Assembly: GCA_044225505.1 (NCBI GenBank)
Contig: JBGAIN010000009.1
Coordinates: 18,592-82,591, forward strand
Length of the DNA: 64,000 nucleotides
Direction: 5' to 3'
From: Limisphaerales bacterium
GTDB taxonomy: Bacteria > Verrucomicrobiota > Verrucomicrobiia > Limisphaerales > SIBE01
Within the stretch, counting starts at the first letter, position 1; the number at the start of each line of letters is the position of its first letter. Positions 21,730-31,216 of this stretch are shown here, piece after piece. The translations under genes and the position numbers were made by a program. Below the pieces are notes generated by a model. The model had not been told where the DNA came from and made no database searches. It worked only from the letters and a program-made list of their open reading frames with translations.

Positions 21730-23778
21730 CTATTCCCTTGCGGTTTCGGTGATCGCCGATGTTCGCACTCGAAAGAAACGATTCGGACCGGTCAGGGGCG
21801 TCGACCAGGGGCTAGTGGCATTGGCCACTGCCGACCATGGTCCCAGGCTCGAAGCGGCCCCTTCGAGCACGCCCTCCTTCCAGCTCAGCTCCAAACCGGA
21901 CGGTTTGCGTTCGGCTCGCAACACCACGCCGATGTCCGCGATGTTCCAGAGCCTGACAATGTCCGCACCGGTCAGCACTTGCGTGCCAGAGGCGTTGAAA
22001 TTCACAGATTCGACCGGGGCAGTGTGGCCCGCAAACACTCGGAGCTCTCTGCCCGAACGCCACTCCAGCAAGCGCGCGGTGAAGGAAGGCCAGCCTTCAC
22101 CCACGAGCAGACGCTCGCCGTCCGGAGAGAGGGCAATGTCGTTAATAAATCCGCTGGCTGCCCATTCCGCTCTGACTTGTCCAGTTGCCAGGTTGAACGC
22201 ACGGATTAAACCTTCCTCCCACGCGACCACCAGCTCCGTGCCTGAGGGCGAAAACGCCAACCCCTTCACCGTTCCGGCCTCGGCTATGTGAATGGCATGA
22301 GGTTGGCCCGTCTCGACATTCCAAATGCGCACCGCCGGATCAGTGCTGGAGCCTCCTCCAGCGACCAGCTTTCCATCCGGTGAGAACGCCACGCTGTGGA
22401 CATACCCAGCGCCATGGCCCAGCGTGTGGATGAGGTCGCCCGTCGCGGTGTTCCAGATCCGGAGGGTACGGTCCTGAGCGCCGGTCGCAATCCGGCTTCC
22501 ATCCGGGGAGAACGCGGCCGCCAGGAGCCAGTCGGTATGCCCCCGGAACTCTCGTTCGAGCACACCGGTCTCTGTCCTCCACAGTTGCGTGGGCCACTTG
22601 GGAGATCCGGATGTGGTGAGAACGTGCTGGCCATCCGGCGAAAACGCCGCGACATGGGTGCCAGCCGGGTGCCCCGCAAACGCGCGCACTTGGCTCCCGT
22701 CCGCCCGCCTCCACAACCGGGTCGACTTTTCCACGCCCCCCGAGAGGACGTACTGTCCGTCGGGCGAAAACGCCACCGCGAGAGTCACGCTGGTGGTATG
22801 TCCTTCGATGGCCCGCTGCGTCAGACCGCTGCGGAAATCGACCGTGCGGATCAATAGATCGGTGGTTGAGGTCAAAATCGTGTCCGAGCCGGGAATCCAG
22901 CTCATGCTGTTGAGCGGTTCCGTCATCCAGGTATGCAGCCCGTTGCCGGTGTTCGTGTCCCAAACGATCACACGTTGATCTTCAGAGCCGGCAATGAGCA
23001 ACGGCGAACCGGGCACCGCCACAAGATGGCGCACCCCGCCCTGTGCGCCCGTGAACGTGGCGAGCCGCTCGCCCGTTGCGAGGTTCCAAACGCACACTTG
23101 GCGATCTTCCCCTCCAGTCGCGAGCTTCCCATCGGGCAGGAGTGCAAGCGACAGCACAGAACCGGTGTGATGCCCAAACACACGCCGGGTTTCTCCGGAT
23201 TGAAAGTCCCACAAGCGGACGGTGTTGGTGCGAGACGTATCCGCCGTGATCAGCCCTGTCCCGTCCGGCGTGAATAGGGCCGTGTTGATGAAGCTTCCCT
23301 GCACGGTCATGTGCTGAATTGGGGCTCCCGATTCTGTGGACCAAATTGCCGCAACGTTATCGCTGCTAGCCGAAACGAACCGACCGCCATCCGCGGAGAA
23401 ATTTAAGGCGTTAATCTCACCGTGATGCCCCGTAAGCATGCGAAGGAGTGTGCCTGTTTCCGCAGACCATATTCCGATGGCGCCATACCTCGTCCCTGTC
23501 ACTAGCCGAGACCCGTCCGGCGAGAACGCCAGAGCTGTAATGCGCATCCCGTGCGTTTCTAACCGATGGCGCACGACGCCAGATGGAAAGTCCCACAGAT
23601 AGGCCGCACTCTCTCCGCCGGTTGCCAGGGTCCTTTGGTCTGGAGAAAGCGCTGCCGGACCCAAATCGCCCAGTCCGTAGCGCTGCGTCGGCTGGGTGAC
23701 AACATCCCCTCTAGCCACCCAAGCCACCGCCAGCAAAACTCCCAGCCCCAACGCCCGGCACGGTAAATGTCGTCTCAT
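21730..23778 (-). CDS. Secreted WD40-repeat protein (two propellers' worth of repeats) with a C-terminal ...FFR module
   Basis: More than 12 repeats of GHxxxVxxxAFSPDGxxLxxGxxDxTxRxW. The likely start is MRRHLPCRALGLGVLLAVAWV (ATG 23778). The C-terminus reads ...GPWSAV...PNRFFRVRT. Confidence 0.85.
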   Translation of the reverse strand: MRRHLPCRALGLGVLLAVAWVARGDVVTQPTQRYGLGDLGPAALSPDQRTLATGGESAAYLWDFPSGVVRHRLETHGMRITALAFSPDGSRLVTGTRYGAIGIWSAETGTLLRMLTGHHGEINALNFSADGGRFVSASSDNVAAIWSTESGAPIQHMTVQGSFINTALFTPDGTGLITADTSRTNTVRLWDFQSGETRRVFGHHTGSVLSLALLPDGKLATGGEDRQVCVWNLATGERLATFTGAQGGVRHLVAVPGSPLLIAGSEDQRVIVWDTNTGNGLHTWMTEPLNSMSWIPGSDTILTSTTDLLIRTVDFRSGLTQRAIEGHTTSVTLAVAFSPDGQYVLSGGVEKSTRLWRRADGSQVRAFAGHPAGTHVAAFSPDGQHVLTTSGSPKWPTQLWRTETGVLEREFRGHTDWLLAAAFSPDGSRIATGAQDRTLRIWNTATGDLIHTLGHGAGYVHSVAFSPDGKLVAGGGSSTDPAVRIWNVETGQPHAIHIAEAGTVKGLAFSPSGTELVVAWEEGLIRAFNLATGQVRAEWAASGFINDIALSPDGERLLVGEGWPSFTARLLEWRSGRELRVFAGHTAPVESVNFNASGTQVLTGADIVRLWNIADIGVVLRAERKPSGLELSWKEGVLEGAASSLGPWSAVANATSPWSTPLTGPNRFFRVRTSAITETARE

Positions 23779-24068
23779 CGCCCGACAGCGTACCCGATGC
23801 GCGTCCACCGGCAATGGAACGAAAGTGGCATCGGGTTGACAGCTTGCACGGGCGATCGGGGTTTTTTCGGCTTCCGGGGAGAACACCCTCTTTAGAATAC
23901 CCGGGCTGCTTCTAAACCGTAGTATTGGCCACGGTGGAGTCTGACGATCGACGGCCTCAGCGCTGGGGGAGAGTAAAACCACAAACCTCCCTTGCACAGT
24001 CGAACAACCGGATTACCGTGCCCAACATTCGAGGAGAGTCAGCAGGCGTTTTTGTCCTACAAAGGGGG

Positions 24069-25926
24069 ATGAGCGCTCAGCCTATGAGTTACCAACCTAT
24101 TGAGAACTACGGACTGATCGGGGACCTGAGCACGGTCGCTCTGGTGGGTATGGACGGCTCGATTGATTTCATGTGTTTCCCACAGTTCGATTCGCCCAGC
24201 ATCTTTGCCGCTCTGCTGGATGACAAAAAGGGCGGCCGCTTCCAACTCGCTCCAATGCTTGAGAATTGCCGGCACAAACAGATGTACATGCCCGATTCCA
24301 ATGTCCTTCTCACCCGCTTTTTAGCCCCGGAAGGTGTGGCGAAGTGTCCGATTTCATGCCGATCGAAGCGCTGGGGCATCGGCACGACCTGGTGCGCCGA
24401 GCCAAGGTGGTGCGCGGCGAAATGAAGTTTCAGATGGTCTGTTCACCCCGATTCGACTACGGCCGCGCTCGCCACCGGTTGGAGATCAAGACCACGAAGT
24501 TCTGTTCATCAGCGAAGGCACAGACCAGGTTGTGCTCCGGCTACGCTCGGAAGTGCCGCTTCGGTGTGAGAACGGCGACGCCCGGGCCGAATTTACGCTG
24601 CGCAACGGCGAGACGGCCGCCTTTGTCTTGGAGGATGCCAGCGATGGCGCTTCACCATCCGCCATGGCCGACTACGTGGCCGATTCGTTCAAAGAGACGG
24701 TCAACTTCTGGCAGCGCTGGGTGCGCAAGTGCAACTATAGTGGCCGCTGGCGCGAGATGGTGACCCGCTCGGCCCTGACCCTGAAGCTTCTGACCTCCTC
24801 CACCTATGGCTCGGTGGTGGCTGCACCCACCTTTGGACTGCCGGAAGCCGTGGGCGGCGTGCGGAATTGGGATTATCGTTATACCTGGATCCGGGACGCC
24901 TCATTCACCATGCACGCCCTTATGCGCCTTGGGTATACTGAGGAAGCCACGGCGTTCCTGCGCTGGATTGAAGCCCGTTGTCGCGAATTGGAGCCGGGCA
25001 ATCCGCTCCGGCCAATGTACCGCGTCGACGGCGGCCATGATCTGCCCGAGGTCATCCTGAACGGCTTCGAGGGCTATCGCGGCTCGCGCCCAGTGCGGAT
25101 TGGCAATGGTGCCTCCGACCAGCAGCAGCTCGATGTCTACGGGGAATTGGTCGACGCCGTCTACATTTACAACCGTTCGGTAGAGCCGATCTCCTACGAT
25201 TTCTGGGGCAACCTGGTCACCCTCATCGATTGGGTCTGCGACCACTGGCGGGAGCCCGATGCCGGCATTTGGGAAGTGCGAGGTGGGGTCCGTCCGTTTC
25301 TCTACTCTCGGGTTATGTGCTGGGTCGCGATTGATCGCGGCCTCCGGCTGGCTCGACACCGGTCATTCCCTGCGCCGCGGGAACGCTGGGCGCAAGTCCG
25401 GGACGACATTTACCGCAACATTTATGAACGCTTTTGGAATGAGGATCTCAAGAGCTTCGTGCAGTATGAAGGCGCCGACGCTGTCGACGCCGCGGCGCTC
25501 CTGATGCCGATCGTGAAGTTTACCGGACCGATGGATCCGCGCTGGCTTTCCACTCTGCGGGAGATCAATCGGCGCTTGGTCGAGGATTCCCTCGTCTACC
25601 GCTACGAGATCGCGCGCGGCGCGGACACTGGGTTCACGGGCCGGGAAGGGACTTTTTCCATATGTTCCTTTTGGAATGTGGAGTGCCTGGCTCGCTCCGG
25701 CGATTTGAAGCAAGCCAGGCTCAACTTTGAAAGGGCGTTGAGTTATGCCAATCATCTTGGGCTTTATGCCGAGGAACTCGGGCAGGAAGGGCAGCAACTG
25801 GGAAATTTCCCCCAAGCATTCACGCATCTTGGTCTGATCAGCGCCGCTTTCTACCTCGATGGACGGCTAGAGGCGTCTGTAGCCACTGAGTGCCCAAGGA
25901 GGAATAGCGAATCACGACCGCGATAG
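24069..25926 (+). pseudogene. GH15 glycoside hydrolase (glucoamylase/trehalase-like) interrupted by two frameshifts
   Basis: The N-terminus ([43 protein letters not shown]...[12 protein letters not shown]) is in frame 0. [49 protein letters not shown] is in a second frame. DHEVLFISEG...WDYRYTWIRDASF... to the end is in a third frame. The shifts lie near 24339-24344 and 24484-24493. Confidence 0.8.
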
Positions 25927-26309
25927 CCCTGTTGCCTCGCAAGGTTGGCGGCTACAGATCGTTGGGCTGGCTGCCGGCCAAGTGCTGGCAGAGATTCCAA
26001 AGGAATATCCTTAGCACCTGGATCAGAGCTGGTTGTACTCCCATCAATCGCTGATCGGCTTTGACGGCACCGGTTTCGGCCGATTGTTACTGGGAGACGA
26101 CTTGCTTGCGCCTGCGAGAGCCCAAAATCCTTCGCCGCGAAAGGATACGGACTTAGCGCTCGGCACCCTAGTTTGCGACTTGGCTCCAATGCATTGCGTG
26201 GCGCGGTTCGCGTCGGGACGGATGCGGCAACAGGCGTGCTTAGAACCAACGCGCCACAGCTTTTTCCCTGGCCAGTTTTCGCTATTGCTGTCATACAGCC
26301 TTACCCCGT

Positions 26310-27059
26310 ATGGCACTGTCTACGTTTTACCGCCAGGCGGCGCCGGGCGGCGCCGCCGCGTTTGCCACGACTCACTGGAGTGTGGTGCTGACCGCCGGCG
26401 AAAGCGACCGGGAAAAGGCACGCGAAGCCCTCGGGTTGCTCTGCGCGGCCTATTGGTACCCGTTGTACGTCTTTGCACGCCGGCAGGGCTGCGATGCCGC
26501 CGAAAGCGAGGATCTCACTCAGGAATTCCTAGCCCAACTGCTGCAAAGAAACGATTTCGCCGAAGTGAGCCCGGAGCGAGGCCGTTTCCGGTCTTTTCTC
26601 ATGGCGTCGTTCAAGCACCTCCTGACCAACGCATATCACCGCCAGCGGACCGAGAAACGCGGCGGGCGGGTCACCTTTGTCTCGCTGGAGAACGAAGCTC
26701 CTGAAACGCGTTACCGGCTCGAACCTGCCGACCTGGCGACGCCTGAGACCCTCTTCGAGCGACGCTGGGCACTGACCGTGTTGGAACGGGCGGTGGAACG
26801 GATTCGGGAAGAATATGTTTCGTCCGAGAAGGCGGATTTGTTCGAGGAGTTGAAGGAGTTCCTTTCCAACCAGAAAGCGCTGCCCCACGCGGCGATCGCA
26901 GCCAAGCACGGCATCAGCGTTGGAGCGGTCGGCGTGACCATTCATCGGCTCCGCAAACGCTACGCCGAGGTTCTGCGCGAAGAGATTTCCCACACGGTCG
27001 GGACGCCGGCAGAAGTCGACGACGAGATTCGGCATTTGATTGCCGTGATGGGCCGGTGA
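26310..27059 (+). CDS. ECF-type sigma-70 family sigma factor (kinase-associated type)
   Basis: FATTHWSVVL...AREALGLLCAAYWYPLYVFARRQG...EDLTQEF... (region 2) and a C-terminal region 4 HTH (IAAKHGISVGAVGVTIHRLRKR). A Ser/Thr kinase gene follows directly. Confidence 0.85.
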   Translation: MALSTFYRQAAPGGAAAFATTHWSVVLTAGESDREKAREALGLLCAAYWYPLYVFARRQGCDAAESEDLTQEFLAQLLQRNDFAEVSPERGRFRSFLMASFKHLLTNAYHRQRTEKRGGRVTFVSLENEAPETRYRLEPADLATPETLFERRWALTVLERAVERIREEYVSSEKADLFEELKEFLSNQKALPHAAIAAKHGISVGAVGVTIHRLRKRYAEVLREEISHTVGTPAEVDDEIRHLIAVMGR

Positions 27060-27107
27060 AGCAAAGCCCGTAAGGTTTGGACTGTTTCCTTTCTGTAAAA
27101 GCAGAGC

Positions 27108-30100
27108 ATGCCTCCCATTAAATCCTGCCTCACTTGTGGTGCGGTAATCTCACCGGCTACGCCGGCGGGAGTTTGCGCCTCGTGCCTGCTCGCTCCGGGA
27201 TTGGAACCGCTGACACATGCGGAGGTTCCCCAACCGACAGACCTGACGCCGATCCTGGTTAAGCCAGCCCCGCCCCTGGTCGTTAAGTTCCATTCCTTCG
27301 GCGACTACGAATTGATCGAGGAGATTGCGCGCGGTGGGATGGGGGTGGTGTTTCGGGCCCGGCAGCTCAGCCTCAACCGAATCGTGGCCTTGAAGTTCAT
27401 TCATCCCGTCAGGCTCAACTCGCCCGAGGCCGTGCGCCGATTTCGCATGGAGGCCGAAGCCGCCGCGAGTTTGAACCATCCCAACATCGTCACCATCTAC
27501 TCAGTCGAACAGTCTGATCGGACACATTTCCTCTCCATGGAACTGGTGGAAGGACGCCCCCTGAGCGACCTGATTCCTCCAGGAGGCTTCGATTTGGAAA
27601 AGTTGTTCGCACTTGGGATTCCGCTGTCTGACGCCTTGGTGGCGGCACACGCGCGCGGCATCGGTCATCGCGATCTCAAAGCCTCCAACGTCATGGTCAA
27701 CAACCAGGGTCGCTTGAAAGTGATCGACTTTGGCCTGGCCAAACTGTTCCAGCGGGACTCCGATGCCATCCATCCCGAGACGCCTGCTTTGTCCCAGACC
27801 GCGGCAGGTCAAATTCTGGGGACGCCCGCTTACATGTCGCCCGAGCAGATCGAAGGACGCCGAGGCGATCATCGCACCGACATTTTTTCCCTGGGCATTC
27901 TCCTATACGAGATGGCGACGGCTCAGCTTCCTTTCCAGGGAGACAGCTCCGTTGCCGTCATGTCTGCCATCCTTCGGGATTCGCCCAAGCCACTGACCGA
28001 TCTCAAGCCAGACTGGCCCGAACATTTGGGCCGGATCATTGGGCGTTGTCTGCAAAAAGATCCGGACGATCGTTACCAGAGCGCCGTCGAGGTAAGGGAT
28101 GCACTGCAAGCGCTGGAGGGAGAAGCCACGATGGCTCGCAACAACCGATCCCACAATCTGCCAGTGCAACTGACCAGCTTCATCGGCCGCGAGCGCGAGA
28201 TGGCCGAGGTCACCGGCCTGATCGTCGGAGATGCTGTTCACGAGGCATCTGGAACCCGGCTGTTGACGCTGACGGGGCCGGGCGGCACCGGAAAGACGCG
28301 GCTCGCCTTGCAGGTCGCCGCCGGCTTGGTCGAGCGCTTCCCGGACGGTGTCTGGCTGGTTGAGCTGGCCGCACTGGCCGATCCCTCGCTAGTGTCCCAA
28401 ACCGTGGCCTCCGCAATGGGCTTGCTCAACACGGCCGGACGGCCGCCGCTGGAACTACTGACGCGATACCTCAAGCCGAAACTGGGGCTGCTGCTGCTCG
28501 ATAACTGCGAGCACCTCGTTGCGGCTTGCGCCGACCTCGTGGATGCGCTGCTGCGGGTTTGCCCACGGTTGAAGGTCCTGACCACCAGCCGGGAAGGCCT
28601 CAGGCTCGCTGGCGAGACCACGTGGCTGGTACCCTCACTCTCGGTGCCGAGCTTGGCCGGTGGGGAGTTGGAAAGCGGCACCCTGGGCGCGCTCGGGCAG
28701 TTCGAATCGATCAAACTCTTCGTCGAGCGGGCCAAGGCGGTCACGCCGACGTTTGAGCTAAATGAACACAACGCGGCGGCCCTGGCTCAGCTCTGCTATC
28801 GACTGGACGGCATCCCCTTGGCCATCGAATTGGCTGCCGCTCGCACCAGGCTGTTGTCGGTCGAGCACTTGGCCGATCGTGTGCACGACCGCTTCCGGCT
28901 GCTGACAGGTGGCAGCCGGACAGCTCTGGCGAGGCACCAGACGCTGCGCGCGCTGGTGGACTGGAGCTATGACCTCCTTTCCGACGAGGAACGGTTGCTC
29001 TTCGACCGCCTGTCGGTCTTCGCGGGTGGGTGGACGCTCGAGGCGGCTGAGGCCGTGTGCGTCGACGACCCGGGACCAGGCACGATTGGCGAACAAGGGC
29101 CGAAGGAATTTCTCCGTTCCAAGGATATCCTCGAGCTACTCGGTCATCTGTTGGAGAAGTCGATGGTTGTGCGGGAGCGGTCCGTCGGCGGCATGGCGCG
29201 CTACCGCCTCTTGGAGACGTTGCGACAGTACGCCCAGGAGCGGCTGGCCATACGCGGCGCGGCGGCAAACGATGCTCTGCGCGCACGGCACGTTAAATAC
29301 TTCGTCACCCTGGGGGAACAGGTGGCTTTGGCCATGCACGGCCCCGACCAGCCCAAATGGTCCGACCGTCTCGAAGTCGAGCACGATAACATCCGGGCGG
29401 GGCTCGAGTGGGGCAAGGCGGCGGACGCCCCGCCGGACCGAGTGGAGTTGGTGCTCCGCCTCGCCGCGCCACTCTACCTTCCGTGGCTGCGGCAGGGACA
29501 TGGCCGGGAAGGACGCCAACATTTCGATACCCTGCTCTCCCATCCCAATGCCCAGCGTCCGACACGAGCGCGAGCGCAGGTGCTCTTCGCCCTTGGGTCG
29601 TTGGCCTTGTGGCAGCATGGCGACGAGGCCACCGCTTGGGCGCTCCTGAACGAATGCTTGACGCTGGCAACACGCTTAGGGGACACACACGTCATGGCTG
29701 ACGCGCACCACAACCTCGGAGTGGTGCTGTCCAACCGTGGTGACAACGTCGGCGCCCGACAGCATCACGAGGAGGCGTTGCGATTGACGCGGGCCGACGG
29801 CGATCTGTCCGGTATCCGCTGGTCGCTGGAGGATCTGGCTGACGTGGCGGCTGAGGACGGAAAAGCGGATCAGGCGTTGGCGCTCTATGTGGAAGCGCTC
29901 TCCCTGGCGCGTCAGACTGGCGACCAGCACGGCATCGCCTCCATCTTGCAGAGTATGGGCATCTTGGCGAAAGCTGTCGGGAAAGCTGAACGTGCCGCGG
30001 AGCTGATTGGCGAAGGGCTGAGCATCATGCGGCGGATTGGATGCCAGCATTGCTGCGCGCGAATGCTCGCCCAGTTGGCGTTCATTGCTAGTGCGTCCGC

Positions 30101-30335
30101 GACGCCAGAGCGGGCGGTGCGGCTCCTCGGGGCTGCGGACGCGCTGCGGGAACGGACCGGCATTGTGATCCCAACAAATTCCGTGGCGACCTTTGAGCAA
30201 ACCATGGAAGATGCGCGGCGGCGGCTGGGTGAGGCCGCTTATGCCGCTGCGTGGGGCGAGGGCCGGCTGATGGCTTTGTCCCAGGCTGTGGCCTACGCCC
30301 TGCCTCCTTCCGCACCATCCCTCTCCGGCCAGTAG
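27108..30335 (+). CDS. Ser/Thr protein kinase fused to a STAND/NB-ARC-like ATPase and TPR repeats (PknK-like architecture)
   Basis: N-terminal Cys pairs (CLTCG...CASC). Kinase motifs are GGMGVVFRA, HRDLKASN, DFGLAK and GTPAYMSPE. The P-loop is LTGPGGTGKTRLA with Walker B LLLLDNCEH. The C-terminal ~350 aa are TPR-like. Confidence 0.9.
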   Translation: MPPIKSCLTCGAVISPATPAGVCASCLLAPGLEPLTHAEVPQPTDLTPILVKPAPPLVVKFHSFGDYELIEEIARGGMGVVFRARQLSLNRIVALKFIHPVRLNSPEAVRRFRMEAEAAASLNHPNIVTIYSVEQSDRTHFLSMELVEGRPLSDLIPPGGFDLEKLFALGIPLSDALVAAHARGIGHRDLKASNVMVNNQGRLKVIDFGLAKLFQRDSDAIHPETPALSQTAAGQILGTPAYMSPEQIEGRRGDHRTDIFSLGILLYEMATAQLPFQGDSSVAVMSAILRDSPKPLTDLKPDWPEHLGRIIGRCLQKDPDDRYQSAVEVRDALQALEGEATMARNNRSHNLPVQLTSFIGREREMAEVTGLIVGDAVHEASGTRLLTLTGPGGTGKTRLALQVAAGLVERFPDGVWLVELAALADPSLVSQTVASAMGLLNTAGRPPLELLTRYLKPKLGLLLLDNCEHLVAACADLVDALLRVCPRLKVLTTSREGLRLAGETTWLVPSLSVPSLAGGELESGTLGALGQFESIKLFVERAKAVTPTFELNEHNAAALAQLCYRLDGIPLAIELAAARTRLLSVEHLADRVHDRFRLLTGGSRTALARHQTLRALVDWSYDLLSDEERLLFDRLSVFAGGWTLEAAEAVCVDDPGPGTIGEQGPKEFLRSKDILELLGHLLEKSMVVRERSVGGMARYRLLETLRQYAQERLAIRGAAANDALRARHVKYFVTLGEQVALAMHGPDQPKWSDRLEVEHDNIRAGLEWGKAADAPPDRVELVLRLAAPLYLPWLRQGHGREGRQHFDTLLSHPNAQRPTRARAQVLFALGSLALWQHGDEATAWALLNECLTLATRLGDTHVMADAHHNLGVVLSNRGDNVGARQHHEEALRLTRADGDLSGIRWSLEDLADVAAEDGKADQALALYVEALSLARQTGDQHGIASILQSMGILAKAVGKAERAAELIGEGLSIMRRIGCQHCCARMLAQLAFIASASATPERAVRLLGAADALRERTGIVIPTNSVATFEQTMEDARRRLGEAAYAAAWGEGRLMALSQAVAYALPPSAPSLSGQ

Positions 30336-30489
30336 AATTTCTTCCGACAAACTCTGTAAGGTTTCTCTGAGGTTCTTTCTTTAGAGGAGTGAAGGCAGTT
30401 GTTGCACCAGCGCAGGTCACCCACTCGGCGGCCCGTCAGTGCCCAGCGCCTTAAACTCAAATAACAAGGACAACCAACCAATCAGACCA

Positions 30490-31044
30490 ATGAAGACCAT
30501 CAGATTCCTTACCTTCGCGGCACTGGCCGCCGCGCTCCTACTCCAAACTCCGATTTCCCGAGCTGACGGCCATGGCCAACGAGGCGACGACCACGGCAAA
30601 AAGGGCGACGGCCACGGCCAACGGGGTGACAACAATGGAAAGGGAGACCGCGACTGCCGTGAAGCTCAGACCACTTTCACGAAATGGATCATTGCCCCCT
30701 TCCCGCCAAGCACGGGAATTTTTGCAAACATGGGGGGCGTCGTCGGAGGCGATGTCGGGGCTGGCAGTTTCATCGGGGAGGCCCTTACCTTCGATTTAGA
30801 CGGCAGCACCGGCGTTATTACGATCGAGGCGGTTTATCACTTCCATGGCTCGAAGCACTCGTTCACCGCCAACGTCCATGTAGTGCAAACGGGCCTCATC
30901 GGCGTGGTGACAGGCGTCATCACGGATGGCTGGAGGAAAGGCCACGTCGTGGAAGGGCAATATACGCAGGTCGATTGCGATAAGGCCCCGACCTTTACTT
31001 GCTACCAGGGCACTCTCGAAATCGAGGACGACTCCAACGACTGA
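30490..31044 (+). CDS. Secreted protein: His/Gly/Asp-rich repeat + one copy of an unrecognised ~130-aa domain
   Basis: Signal peptide MKTIRFLTFAALAAALLLQTPISRA, then DGHGQRGDDHGKKGDGHGQRGDNNGKGD, then TFTKWIIAPFP...NMGGVVGGDVGAGSFIGEAL...YHFHGSKHSFTANVHVVQTG...GTLEI. Confidence 0.7.
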   Translation: MKTIRFLTFAALAAALLLQTPISRADGHGQRGDDHGKKGDGHGQRGDNNGKGDRDCREAQTTFTKWIIAPFPPSTGIFANMGGVVGGDVGAGSFIGEALTFDLDGSTGVITIEAVYHFHGSKHSFTANVHVVQTGLIGVVTGVITDGWRKGHVVEGQYTQVDCDKAPTFTCYQGTLEIEDDSND

Positions 31045-31216
31045 CACCCGGCAATTAAGAGACCCTCGTGAAGTTCACGCCGCCCGCAGTTAATCGGATC
31101 AGGCGTGCGGCGCCTGTCGCTTCCGTTGACTGCTCGGCGCGCGTCTTGCACCAGGCGCTGTTCTGGCTAAAGGAAGCGAAAGCGCCAGAACCAACGAAAC
31201 CAAAGAACAAGCCTCA

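Noticed and set aside
21116-22291. 391-aa ORF on the plus strand spanning the DUF885/WD40 junction
   Set aside because: It is antisense to two genes with clear domain signatures, is low-complexity and Arg/Ser-rich, and has no recognisable domain.
30560-30640. RGD tripeptides inside the His/Gly/Asp-rich repeat
   Set aside because: RGD arises trivially in a G/D/R-rich low-complexity repeat, so there is no basis for an integrin-type interpretation.
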